Source: a virus
Taxonomy: Duplodnaviria; Heunggongvirae; Uroviricota; Caudoviricetes
Virus record (IMG/VR): IMGVR_UViG_3300042691_019384
Location: 1 to 44,651 of that record
Direction: 5' to 3' (one strand)
Length of the DNA stretch: 44,651 nucleotides
Shown here: positions 1 through 10,500 of the stretch, in pieces
How positions within the stretch are numbered: the stretch's first letter is position 1
Layout of the letters: every line of letters begins with the position of its first letter
The notes under the pieces: generated by a model
Told to the model about the DNA's origin: nothing
The model's input: only the letters and a program-made list of their open reading frames with translations
Database searches by the model: none
Position numbers and translations under genes: made by a program

Positions 1-2
1 GT

Positions 3-2384
3 TTGTCTAAATTAGGTAGATATAAAGTTGGTGGTAAAATTTTTGGTAGAGGTAAAATTGACCAAGAAGCTGGTGCTAAGATACAACAAATTATTGATAA
101 AGCATCTAACACATTAATTAAAAATCTTAACGATAAAATTAAAGAAGAAAACCCACAATTCCCAAATAATAAAGACCCACAACAATTTTTATCAACTGTT
201 ATGTCAATAGCAGCTGTTTATGATTCTATTATTGATGCTACAACAAAAAATCCTAATGAAGAAGGATATCTATCTGTTGATGCAGCTAATGGTGTTATAA
301 ATGATTTAAGAGAATACGTTAAAAAATTCTTAGATATTGATTTAACAGCAGTATATTCAGTGGTTAATGAATCTGAACAAGATTTAATGAATGAAGAGTA
401 TGATATAACTGATGAGCAAATGGCTCAAATAGATGAAGAATTTGGTTTATCTGAACAAGAACCATCAGATGCTGGTAAGGTTTATGATGATAAAGCCGTT
501 AGACAAAGTTTAGCTGCAAAAAGAGGTGGTGGTGATGATTTTGCTAGTACAAGAATGGACACTCTTAAATCAAATAGATTACCTTTAACATTAGCTGGTG
601 TTGGTTCTTCTTTAGGTGCTTTTAGTTGGTTAGTTAATACAGAATGGTTTAAAAGTTTATTTCTTGAAATAACCAAAAACCCTTCTATTGAATATGTTAG
701 ACAAATAGTAAAAGAAAAATCTTCAATTTTTGCGTCAATAAAACCAGGTGAAGGTATGACACAAATAATGAATAGGGCTATGGGATTAAACTTAAGTCCA
801 AATTCTTCACCACAAGATTTTGTAAATGCTGTAAAACAACTTGGTGGTGGTAATTTACAAGCTGGTATTGATGCATTATCAGCTAAAGGTGGTATATTTA
901 TGGACCCTGATAACGCTAAAAAAGTTCTTGAAGAAATTGCTAAAAACCCTAATAGTTATGGTAAAAATTTAGGTGAAATGTTCCAAGGTAGTTGGGCTGG
1001 AACAGGTAAAAGTGTTGGTGATTTATTGGTAACACAAACTGGTGGTGGTTTACAAGGTCTTGTTGTCAATGCTATAGTAAAAATGGTACCAACAATTGTT
1101 ATGAAAACTGGTCTTAAGGTTGGTGCTGGTTATCTTGTTGCAAAAGGTTTAGGTGCTTTATTAGGACCTATTGGTGTTGGTTTAATAGCTACTGGTGCTT
1201 TGGTTAAACTTATGCGAATGAAAGGCCAAAAATCTTCAAGAGCTGCAACACTTAATGCGTTATATCAATCAATTAGAAATATTGAAGGTGGGGATGGTGT
1301 TATAAAACCAGATGAACCACCAATTTCTGTAGCTCAAGCTCAAGACCCGAAAAAAATATCACAAGATAGTGGTTCTACAGATGGTTTATTTAATGATTTA
1401 AAAAGTCTTTTTCAATTTATAGTTAATAATAGAGGTACAATGGGTACTGGTGCTAAATCACCTTCTAAATCTCAAAGTTCTTCAGCTAGAGATAGTTTAG
1501 GTGGTAGAACATATCAAGGTGGTCAAATAATGAAAGGTGGTAATAGAGCACAAGCTGGTGGGCAAACACAAAGTGGTAGAGAAAGATTTTTTGCTAATCA
1601 AAATTATGTAAGAGAAGGTGAAGAAATGTTATACGAAGGCAAATTTTTTAAAGATAAAAGAGTTATTACTTATTTATCAAAAAATTTAAAAGTTGACCAA
1701 TTACAAAAATTTGAAGAGTTGTTAAAAAGAATAGAGTATGTTAGAAATACTTTAAGGAAAAGTTTAGCTAAAACAAATGATAATGTTATTAAGGGTTTCT
1801 TAAATCAATTAGATTCAAACCCTATTATGATGACAAATTTTGAAGCTTTAACTAATGCTAATCCTGACAATGAACAAGATATGAGACAACTTTTAACATT
1901 TATAAAAGAAACTTTAAATACAGTTTATTCTACGGATTATAAAACAGTTAGTAACGCTTTCTCAGGTAAAATAAAGAATTTAGACCCTAATAATCAATAT
2001 ACTAAAGATAATAGTATGGTTGGTAAAATGAAAGGTTTAGGTGGTGGTAATATAAATAAAATTGCAGAGGTTGAAGCTGGTTATGGTGCTTCAATGCCTA
2101 ATAAATCATTTTCTAAAGATGCTCAAAGTAGAACAGCATTTAAAAAGAATTTGGCTAATTTCTTAAAAACATTAATTGGTCTTTTTCAATATCTATATAA
2201 ATTAAAAACACAAGGTGGTAATAATCAACAACAACAACAAAAACAACAACAACCACAACAACAAGCTGGTGGTAACAATAACCAACAGGCTAATCGACCA
2301 CAAATTTTTGAAAGGAAAGTTATTCCAAAAGAAGTTTTAATAGAAAATGAAATAGAAAAGATAAAGAAATTAATAAAATACTAA
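3..2384 (+). CDS. Large putative internal virion / ejection-type protein, 5'-truncated at the window edge
   Basis: Frame open for 793 codons from the window edge. Gly/Ala-rich hydrophobic segments (LTLAGVGSSLGAFSWLV; GAGYLVAKGLGALLGPIGVGLIATGALVKL), a Q/N-rich linker and a C-terminal LIENEIEKIKKLIKY motif. Product is inferred. Confidence 0.5.
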   Translation: MSKLGRYKVGGKIFGRGKIDQEAGAKIQQIIDKASNTLIKNLNDKIKEENPQFPNNKDPQQFLSTVMSIAAVYDSIIDATTKNPNEEGYLSVDAANGVINDLREYVKKFLDIDLTAVYSVVNESEQDLMNEEYDITDEQMAQIDEEFGLSEQEPSDAGKVYDDKAVRQSLAAKRGGGDDFASTRMDTLKSNRLPLTLAGVGSSLGAFSWLVNTEWFKSLFLEITKNPSIEYVRQIVKEKSSIFASIKPGEGMTQIMNRAMGLNLSPNSSPQDFVNAVKQLGGGNLQAGIDALSAKGGIFMDPDNAKKVLEEIAKNPNSYGKNLGEMFQGSWAGTGKSVGDLLVTQTGGGLQGLVVNAIVKMVPTIVMKTGLKVGAGYLVAKGLGALLGPIGVGLIATGALVKLMRMKGQKSSRAATLNALYQSIRNIEGGDGVIKPDEPPISVAQAQDPKKISQDSGSTDGLFNDLKSLFQFIVNNRGTMGTGAKSPSKSQSSSARDSLGGRTYQGGQIMKGGNRAQAGGQTQSGRERFFANQNYVREGEEMLYEGKFFKDKRVITYLSKNLKVDQLQKFEELLKRIEYVRNTLRKSLAKTNDNVIKGFLNQLDSNPIMMTNFEALTNANPDNEQDMRQLLTFIKETLNTVYSTDYKTVSNAFSGKIKNLDPNNQYTKDNSMVGKMKGLGGGNINKIAEVEAGYGASMPNKSFSKDAQSRTAFKKNLANFLKTLIGLFQYLYKLKTQGGNNQQQQQKQQQPQQQAGGNNNQQANRPQIFERKVIPKEVLIENEIEKIKKLIKY

Positions 2385-2391
2385 AAACAAT

Positions 2392-2420
2392 AAAAACCTA
2401 ACTTATGTTAGGTTTTTTTT
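2392..2420 (+). terminator. Rho-independent terminator
   Basis: Stem aaaaacctaac / ttat / gttaggttttt followed by a T-run, just after the ORF stop. Confidence 0.85.
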
Positions 2421-2468
2421 TATTTACATAAAAATATAACTAATTATATTTAATATAAAGTAATTGTT

Positions 2469-3611
2469 ATGAGTAAACTTAATGTAATACCTTCAAATGA
2501 AGATATGGAAGCAGCAAAAAGAAAAGCTGAAGAAGAAAAATATCATAGAGAAAAAATTGATGTAGCAAAAGAAATTTATGAAAACACTAAAAATTCAAAT
2601 GAAGTAAATCAAAATTATGCTTCTGCTGTAGAGGCGATGATGAAAAGAACACAAGAACAATTAAATTTAAAGAATAACACTGGTGTTGTTGTTGAAGATA
2701 ATTTAAGTGAGGTTAAAAAAGTAAATAAGGTTGTAGATACAACAATTAATCAAAATAAAGTAGAAAATAAAAATTATAATACAATTAAAACTAATATGAC
2801 AACTAAAAACAAACCAGAAAATTATGGTGAATTACCATCAAATTTAAATTCACAAATTATAGAATTAAGTCAACCAGATTTTAATTCAGCATTTGATGTT
2901 ATTCCATTACCATCTCAAGGTAAAGTATATCGAAATAGAAAACCAAATATTAAAGTTTCTTATATGACAACTGCTGATGAGAATATTTTGACGAGTCCTA
3001 ATCTATTACAAAGCGGTGAGTTTTTAAAAATATTAATTAATAGAAAAATTTTAGATACCGAATTAAGATATGAAGATTTATTAATTGGTGATAGAAATGC
3101 TATTATGATTTGGTTAAGGGCAACTAGTTATGGTGAAATGTATCCTGTAACGTTACTAGATGAACTAGATGACCCATTTGATACTGAAGTTAATTTAAAT
3201 GATTTAAAAATTAAAAAATTAGAAGTTGACCCTGACGATGAAGGTTTATTTACTTTTACATTACCAATTAGTAAATCAGTAATTAAATTTAAATTATTAA
3301 CTTGTGGTGATGTTGATGTTATTGAACAAATTATAGCTAAAGAAAAAGAAGATAATGTGGCTGTTAATAATACAAACACATATACATTAGAAAAAATGAT
3401 TGTTGAGATTGATGGTGATAGAGATAGAAATCTTATTTCAAATTTATCAAAATCAATGAGAATTGGTGATTCAAAAGCTTTATTAAAATATATATCTACG
3501 ATTGAACCAGGTATTGATTTAAATATCAGTGTTCCGACTCCTAGAGGTGGGTCAATTGATACCTTTCTTCCACTTAACATCAAGTTTTTTTGGCCTGATG
3601 CCAGAATTTAA
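2469..3611 (+). CDS. Baseplate hub / tail assembly chaperone (T4 gp26-like)
   Basis: Motifs FDVIPLPSQGKVY, MTTADENILTSPNLL, DLLIGDRNAIMIWLRATSYG and a terminal FFWP; lies upstream of the tape measure gene. Confidence 0.7.
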   Translation: MSKLNVIPSNEDMEAAKRKAEEEKYHREKIDVAKEIYENTKNSNEVNQNYASAVEAMMKRTQEQLNLKNNTGVVVEDNLSEVKKVNKVVDTTINQNKVENKNYNTIKTNMTTKNKPENYGELPSNLNSQIIELSQPDFNSAFDVIPLPSQGKVYRNRKPNIKVSYMTTADENILTSPNLLQSGEFLKILINRKILDTELRYEDLLIGDRNAIMIWLRATSYGEMYPVTLLDELDDPFDTEVNLNDLKIKKLEVDPDDEGLFTFTLPISKSVIKFKLLTCGDVDVIEQIIAKEKEDNVAVNNTNTYTLEKMIVEIDGDRDRNLISNLSKSMRIGDSKALLKYISTIEPGIDLNISVPTPRGGSIDTFLPLNIKFFWPDARI

Positions 3612-3861
3612 ACCATCACTACTTGAGGAAATATTTATTTGTACACAACATTTAAAAGGTTTTACTTATTCTGATATTCTTAATTTACCAATTTATGAAA
3701 GAAGATATTATTTATCATTATTAACAAAACAAGCAAGACAACGTGAAGAACAATATGAAGAAATGAAAAATAAATCAAGCGGTAAAAGTGGTAGAACAAC
3801 AAAAATAAGTGGTGAAGCACTAAAATCAAAATTAAAAAGCGGTGAAATACCAAATAATTAA
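3598..3861 (+). CDS. Small tail assembly chaperone partner (T4 gp51-like / gpT-like)
   Basis: Overlaps the end of the gp26-like gene in the +1 frame. Motif LLEEIF..GFTYSDILNLPIYERRYYLSLL. The ATG at 3598 is preferred over the ORF-track start at 3529. Confidence 0.6.
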   Translation: MPEFKPSLLEEIFICTQHLKGFTYSDILNLPIYERRYYLSLLTKQARQREEQYEEMKNKSSGKSGRTTKISGEALKSKLKSGEIPNN

Positions 3862-3884
3862 CCCAATTAATTTTGGGTTTTTTT
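3860..3884 (+). terminator. Rho-independent terminator
   Basis: aacccaa/ttaatt/ttgggtt followed by a T-run. Confidence 0.75.
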
Positions 3885-3894
3885 ATTTTTTCTA

Positions 3895-3902
3895 TATTTA
3901 TA
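3895..3902 (+). promoter_or_regulatory. Putative late promoter (TATTTATA)
   Basis: Motif 16 nt upstream of ATG 3919, directly after a terminator; the motif recurs upstream of structural genes. Confidence 0.55.
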
Positions 3903-3918
3903 TTATATAATTAGCTTT

Positions 3919-4857
3919 ATGAAAATAATAATCACTGAAAATCAATATAAAACACTTAAAAATAATTTGATAGAATCAACAGTTAAAGATTTTATATCAA
4001 AATTGAAAAAGAATGATGTCATAACATTTAAAATAGAAAACAAAGATGTTAAACTATCAGTTTTTGATTTAACAAAAAAAATTTTTAAAAACCAAAACCC
4101 AAAACACAAAGATAAGTTGTATTACATTGATGGTGTTATCAATGATAAATTAAGATTAAGAATTGCTGATACAGTTAAAGACAAATTTAAATTAAATAAC
4201 CCTAAAATATGGGATATAGAAGAATTTAATATGATGTCACCAATTCAATTAGTTAGAGGTAGTAATGTTGTTGATACTATTGACGGACCTACAAATTCTA
4301 ATCAACAAGGTAATCAACAAGGTAATCAACAAGGTGGTGAACAAGGTGGTGAACAAGGTGGTGAAAGTGTTAGTGCAGATAGTATAGATTATAATAAATT
4401 ATTGGATGACCCATTATTAAGACAATCTTTTTATAAGGCACCTAATTTATTTGGTAGGTTATTTAATGTTATAAAAGGTAATAAAGCTAGAGAAGGTAAG
4501 GGTATAATTAAATTGGATGATTTAACACGTGATTTAAGAAATAGTATTAATTATAAACTTAAATCTGTTCCAAATAATAAAAATTTTATATCAAACAAAA
4601 ATGCTGAATTTAAATATGATAATCAAAAATATACTGGTAAAGTAATAAATGATTATAAAGAAATTAAATTAGATACAAATAAATATATATTTACAATAAT
4701 TAAAACATATAATGTTCGTGACAATACGTTTATAACAAAAGTTAGAGATAAAAGAACTGGTGAATTAGTTGATAATGATAACGACACTAATAATAACATA
4801 TTAACAATGATACCTGGTTCTGGAGATAATTATGGTTATATTGTACCTAATAACTAA
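3919..4857 (+). CDS. Hypothetical protein with MKIIITENQYKTLKNNLIE leader (putative internal head protein)
   Basis: 312-aa ORF with its own promoter; central NQQG/EQGG tandem repeat linker (about 4297-4365). Confidence 0.6.
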   Translation: MKIIITENQYKTLKNNLIESTVKDFISKLKKNDVITFKIENKDVKLSVFDLTKKIFKNQNPKHKDKLYYIDGVINDKLRLRIADTVKDKFKLNNPKIWDIEEFNMMSPIQLVRGSNVVDTIDGPTNSNQQGNQQGNQQGGEQGGEQGGESVSADSIDYNKLLDDPLLRQSFYKAPNLFGRLFNVIKGNKAREGKGIIKLDDLTRDLRNSINYKLKSVPNNKNFISNKNAEFKYDNQKYTGKVINDYKEIKLDTNKYIFTIIKTYNVRDNTFITKVRDKRTGELVDNDNDTNNNILTMIPGSGDNYGYIVPNN

Positions 4858-4871
4858 TAAAATAAATAATT

Positions 4872-7307
4872 ATGGCTGGAGAAAGAGAAAGAGAAAAACT
4901 TTTAGAACAATTAAGAGATGAAGCAGAGTTAGTAAGACGAATAAACGAAGATACTGGCGGTTATATTGAATTTGTAAAAAAGATTAAAGCTATTAAGAGT
5001 AATATAGCTTATTTAGAAAAACAAATATCAAAAGCTACTGGCGAACAAAAGGATATTTTAGAAGAAGAATTAAGGCAAGTAAAAGAATTAGAAGTAAGAT
5101 ATAAGCGCATAGCAAAAGAAACGTCTAATATAGTCAAAGCACAAGAATTTTCTGCATCAGCTCTACAAACGTCAAAAAATTTATTAGGTGGTATTACTAG
5201 CGCATATGGTAGTATAGTTTCTTATACACGATATTTAGCTGAAATAGACAAAAAAATTAAAATGTCTGCTTTAAACATGGGCATTTTAGATACACAAACA
5301 AAATCTTTTAGAAAGTCATTAGCTGATGCTGGTCGAATCACAAATGAATTTGGTATAAACCAAGGTCAATTAGCTGAGATGCAAGCGGCATACACTGAAG
5401 AAATGGGTAGAACAGTAATGTTAGGTAAAGATGGATTGGTGGCTATCGGTGCTATGGCTGCTGCAACTGGTTTAGGTGCTGAAGGTGCAGCTAAAATGGC
5501 TGCTGATTTTGAACTTATAGGTTATAGTGCTGAAAGAACTGGTGAATTTATTGACCAAACGATGAATGATTCTAGTAAAATGGGTTTAAATGCTAGTAAA
5601 GTTGTAAAAGCAATATCAAATAACATTAAATTATTAAATAAATATAATTTTAAAGGTGGTGTAGCTGGTTTAAAGAAAATGGCTGAAACAACAACAAGAC
5701 TTGGTGTTGATATGAACTTTGCAACTGGTATGGCTGAAAAGTTATTTGATATTGAAGGTGCTGTTCAAATGTCTGCTCAATTGCAAGTTTTGGGTGGTTC
5801 ATTTTCAAATTTGGCTGACCCATTTCATTTAATGTATATGGCAAGAAATGATGTTGCTGGATTAACTGAAGAAATAGGTAAAGCTGTTGAACAATCAGTC
5901 GAATTTAATAGTAAGACTGGTGAATTTGATATGTCAGGTCTTGAATTACATAGATTAAGAAAAATTGCTGAACAAACTGGTATCGCTTTTGAAGATTTGG
6001 TTACAGCTGGAAAAAACGCAAAAAAATTCAGTATGATAGAAGGCCAAGTTTCGTTTAGTATTGGTGATGAAGAAAAAGAATTTTTGATGAATACCGCTAA
6101 ATTAGATAAAAACGGTAAAGCTTATATTGAAGTTAATGGTGAAAAGAAATTTTTAAGTGCACTTGGTAAATCAGGTAATGAATTTATTAAAAAACAAATG
6201 GAAGAAAAAAAATCATTAGCTGAAAGAGCTGAAAGTGCACAAACATTTGATGAAACAATAACTAATTTTATAAATGGTGTAAAAGAATTATTTTTACCCA
6301 TTATGCCAGTTTTGGATGTTTTTGCTAAAGAATTAGTTAAAAGTTTTAAACCAGCAGTAGAAAAATTAGCATATTATCTTAAAAACGTAAAATTTGAAGA
6401 CTATGCGAAAAAATTAGTTAGTTTTGCTGAAACAATTGGTGGGTATGTTAAATGGTTTATTGATAATCCAGGTTTGGGTATAGGAAGTGCAATTCTTGGT
6501 ATAGGTTTACTTGAAGGGGCTAAATGGTTTGCATCTGGTTTATCTTTTGGTGCTGGTTTTAATTTAGCTACAATGAAAAATCTTGGACCTATGATACAAG
6601 GTGCATTTTCTTTTGTTAAGCCTTTATTGGGTGGTTTAACTAGACTTGCTGGTACGTTAGCAGGTATAGCGGCAATACTCGGTGCAGCTAAAGATATATT
6701 TGATTTTGCGAGTGATGAAAAAACTAGAAACACAGGATTTGGTGGTTTTTTTGAGTCATTTGGAGGTTCAGGTATGTCATTACTTGAAAGTGTGGGTGAG
6801 GATAGTTTCAACCCTCTTAAATATGTAAATAAGAAAATCGGGTTAAGTGTTGAAAACATGGGTACAGACAATTTAGCTAATGCTAGAGCAATTTATAGAA
6901 AAAAATACCCTAATGCACCAACTGTTATACCTAATAAAGATTTATTTTCAGACATTAGGGGTAATCCAAATGATTATACGAGTGATATTGTTGATGATGC
7001 AAGTGATGTTACTATTAATGATGGTATAATAAAATTTAACCCAAAAGATAAATTTATGAAGTTAAATGACGCTACTATGATTGCTGGAACAGATGCTGGT
7101 GGTAATAGAGCATTAGCTGAAGCTATGAATAGTAATGGTAATATGATACATAGATTTGATGAATTAAAAATTAGTGGTGATATTAAAATATCTTTACCTG
7201 GTGGAAATAATATATCAACTGGATTAATAAGTGACCCAACATTCATTAAAAATATGACAAGATTGGTTAATATTCAAATTTCTGAGAATATTAACGGTAA
7301 ATTATAA
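4872..7307 (+). CDS. Tail tape measure protein
   Basis: 811 aa, helical and Ala/Gly-rich, with an N-terminal coiled coil and KLFDIEGAVQMSAQLQVLGG motif. Hydrophobic Gly-rich segments in the C-terminal third. Lies between the chaperones and baseplate genes. Confidence 0.75.
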   Translation: MAGEREREKLLEQLRDEAELVRRINEDTGGYIEFVKKIKAIKSNIAYLEKQISKATGEQKDILEEELRQVKELEVRYKRIAKETSNIVKAQEFSASALQTSKNLLGGITSAYGSIVSYTRYLAEIDKKIKMSALNMGILDTQTKSFRKSLADAGRITNEFGINQGQLAEMQAAYTEEMGRTVMLGKDGLVAIGAMAAATGLGAEGAAKMAADFELIGYSAERTGEFIDQTMNDSSKMGLNASKVVKAISNNIKLLNKYNFKGGVAGLKKMAETTTRLGVDMNFATGMAEKLFDIEGAVQMSAQLQVLGGSFSNLADPFHLMYMARNDVAGLTEEIGKAVEQSVEFNSKTGEFDMSGLELHRLRKIAEQTGIAFEDLVTAGKNAKKFSMIEGQVSFSIGDEEKEFLMNTAKLDKNGKAYIEVNGEKKFLSALGKSGNEFIKKQMEEKKSLAERAESAQTFDETITNFINGVKELFLPIMPVLDVFAKELVKSFKPAVEKLAYYLKNVKFEDYAKKLVSFAETIGGYVKWFIDNPGLGIGSAILGIGLLEGAKWFASGLSFGAGFNLATMKNLGPMIQGAFSFVKPLLGGLTRLAGTLAGIAAILGAAKDIFDFASDEKTRNTGFGGFFESFGGSGMSLLESVGEDSFNPLKYVNKKIGLSVENMGTDNLANARAIYRKKYPNAPTVIPNKDLFSDIRGNPNDYTSDIVDDASDVTINDGIIKFNPKDKFMKLNDATMIAGTDAGGNRALAEAMNSNGNMIHRFDELKISGDIKISLPGGNNISTGLISDPTFIKNMTRLVNIQISENINGKL

Positions 7308-7348
7308 TGATAATTATTGAAAAATAGTTAATTTTTTTATAAAAAAAC

Positions 7349-7379
7349 TTGATTTTGTCAGAAAAAATCAGTATATTTG
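7349..7379 (+). promoter_or_regulatory. Bacteroidota-type housekeeping-sigma promoter (TTG-N20-TATATTTG)
   Basis: TTG at 7349-7351 and TAnnTTTG at 7372-7379, with the same 20-nt spacing as at 19793 and 29627. Confidence 0.65.
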
Positions 7380-7483
7380 TTTATATATATAAATAATAAT
7401 AAATAATATATAATATATAATATTAATAATATATAATATATAATATTAATAATAATAAATAATTTATATAAAAAATATAAAAA
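7380..7483. repeat. 104-nt A/T-only tract with a 20-nt direct repeat
   Basis: No G or C between 7380 and 7483; taatatataatattaataat occurs at 7411-7430 and 7434-7453. Confidence 0.9.
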
Positions 7484-7488
7484 CAATC

Positions 7489-7496
7489 TATTTATT
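7489..7496 (+). promoter_or_regulatory. Putative late promoter (TATTTATT)
   Basis: Motif 34 nt upstream of ATG 7531, in a very AT-rich context. Confidence 0.4.
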
Positions 7497-7530
7497 ATTA
7501 AATAAATAATAATATTATAATATTATATAA

Positions 7531-10500
7531 ATGCCAATTTTTTATAATACATCTGAACCAACACCAGGTAATAAAAATACCATAACAGATATTGCTACTA
7601 ATTTTGGTATTAGAGATTTTTTATTAAATAAAAAATTACAACCAAGATACCCACAAATATCAACAAATGTTAATGGTTCACCAAGAATAGGTGAACCTGT
7701 ATTAGATACTGTAGTTGGTACTAATTCAAATATAACACCTGATTTTTCACCTATTGAAGAATATAGTGCCAATAATGCACAAGATAGTTTTGGTAGAAAT
7801 ACATTTAGACCAGACCAAGATACAAGAACAAATCCTTATGTAACGGTAGATTATATTCAAGATATAAATAATCCACAATTTGGTGATGCTGAATGGCCAC
7901 ATGGTACGCAACAATACCCTGAATCAGCAACAGATGAGGTTAGTCAATATGGTATTATAGGTAAAACAAATAACGCTGGTTATAGAGAGTTTAATACGGC
8001 AAAGAATGAATATTTGGATGCGTCTGAACAAACAGATGCTCAAATCCAAACAGAGTCACAAATAACTAAACAAATAAATGGTTATTTAAATGAATACGGT
8101 GCTTTAAATTTAGGACAAGGAGGTGCTGTTCAAGCTTCTAATGTTATTGGTAGTTTATTGAATGGCCAAGGATTAGGTTTTTCAAATGAAGGGTTAGTAA
8201 CAAATTTTGATTTAAGGTCAACATTAGCTGGTAGAGCATTGGGATTGACAGGTGTATTAAATGATACTGAATTAGGTATTATTGGTGCACAACAACTTGC
8301 AGTTGCATTAGGAAATAACGCAGCGTTTAATGTTCAACAAGAGATATTAGGTAGTTTAAATGTTGGTGAAAATATATTAAATTTAATAAAAGAAGGTACA
8401 TCACCAGTATTTAGACCTAACTATAAGATTACTGTACCTGGTGATACATTAGGTAGAGTAGCTGATTATACATCAAGAATATTAGGATTTACTTTACCTA
8501 AAAGTTATCTACAAGATAGCGGCTCTATTTTTCAATATGAAAACGGTAATAGCGAAAATATAGCAAGAGCTAATGCTATGTTAGATAACACTGGTAAAGG
8601 TCAGATAAAAGCCTTAATAACAAACGTTAACGGTAGTTTGCAAGGTATATATGGTATTGATAACCCTAGTTTAGCGACATTTAGAAGTGGTTATGCTGCT
8701 GGTTATACTAATGATAGAGATATTAAATCAAATGACTATAATATATACGCTTATTATAATGGTAATGGTACATTAATAAATCCTTTAAGTATTAATGATA
8801 GAATAATACCAGATTTAAATTATAATAAACGAAAAATAGATGAATATGGTTTTTATGGTTTTGAAGATGTTTTACCTAATATAACGAAATATAATGGTAG
8901 AACACCTAAAACAACAACATTTACTTGGGTAAGTGATAACCAAAGTCAAGACACACCATCTCCATTACAAACAGGACCATTAAATAGAGTAAATGATAGC
9001 ACAACAACAATACCTTTTTTACCTGTTTCTAATGTTTTCCCAGATGAGTATAATGGTAAGAATTTAAAGAAAACATTATTAAAAAAGACACAAAAATTAT
9101 TTAATAGTTCTAGTAATAGAAATATAGTGTCTGTTAAAGGTGATACAGAATTAAGAGATTCAACTCAAATAAGTACAGCTAATGGTAATGCCACGTCTAA
9201 GGGTAGTGCTGTGCTAAAAAGTGGTCAATTCACTAATTATACGTTTAATGGTGTTGGTGGTAGTGCTGATGATATATTTTGTAGGAGTTGGGTTGCAACT
9301 AATAGATATGATAGTATAGGTAATTTAATCAGAAGAAGTGCATTACTTAAAGATAATATGCCTTATAGAAATGATAAATTCAATCCTAATTTATCTGTGT
9401 TAGAAGATACTGGATTTGTTAAGATAGCACCATATACAAGTGATTTTGACCAAAATGGACCTATCATAACAAGAAAAGCTAATGTTAAAAATTATATGTT
9501 TTCTATTGAAAATTTAGCTTGGAATGATAATTATCCTGATTTACCTGCTGGTGAAAGAGGACCAGGTGACACAACAACAAATAGAAAAGGTAGAATAATG
9601 TGGTTTCCACCATATGATATTAATTTTTCTGAAAGTGTATCAGTTCAATGGGAATCAACAAATTTTATCGGGAGAGGCGAACCAATATATACATATAATA
9701 ATACAGAAAGAACAGGTACATTATCATTTTCTATTATAGTTGACCATCCTACATATGCTAATGCGTTTAAAAATAAAAATAACAGACCTGATGATAATTA
9801 TATAGCGTCATTTTTTGCTGGTTGTTGTATTTTACCTGATGAAACATTAACTAATGAATTAATAGCAACAAAAATAAGAGAAAAAATAACACAAAAAACA
9901 GAACAAACTCAAAATAGTTCAGCAACATCAGAAGAACAAAAAACAGCTAGTGAAGAAAAAGTACCAATGAATTCATTTAAAATTTATTTTCCTAATGACT
10001 ATCCTAGTCAAAATGATATAAATGTTTCAGTTGATAAGATTTTAAATGGTGGCATTGGTAGTACAACAAACAAATATGAATCTGGGTTTAATTTAAATAC
10101 ACCAATAGATTATACTATTAATGCAGCTGGTGTGGAAGGATATCCACCAGGTGTTAATGACCCGACTTCAAAATGGGGTGGTATAGGTAATTTTGATGGT
10201 GGTTATACATCAAACACAGATTTTACGGATAAAACTAATTTTGGTTTAAATGGTGTAAACCAAAAATTATCTATTGATGGTAAACCATATACGTTGCAAG
10301 ACCCTAATTTTTTTACAGATTTAAAAAAACATTTAGATGATAAATGTAAAACTTGCACTATAACAATTCAAGGATTTGCAACAATACAAGGTGGTGTTGA
10401 TAAAGAAAAAGGCAATAGAGACCAAACAGAATTAACTAATTATAGGTCTCAAGCGGTTGAATATTATTTAAAAAATACTGTAGGTATAACTAACGATATT

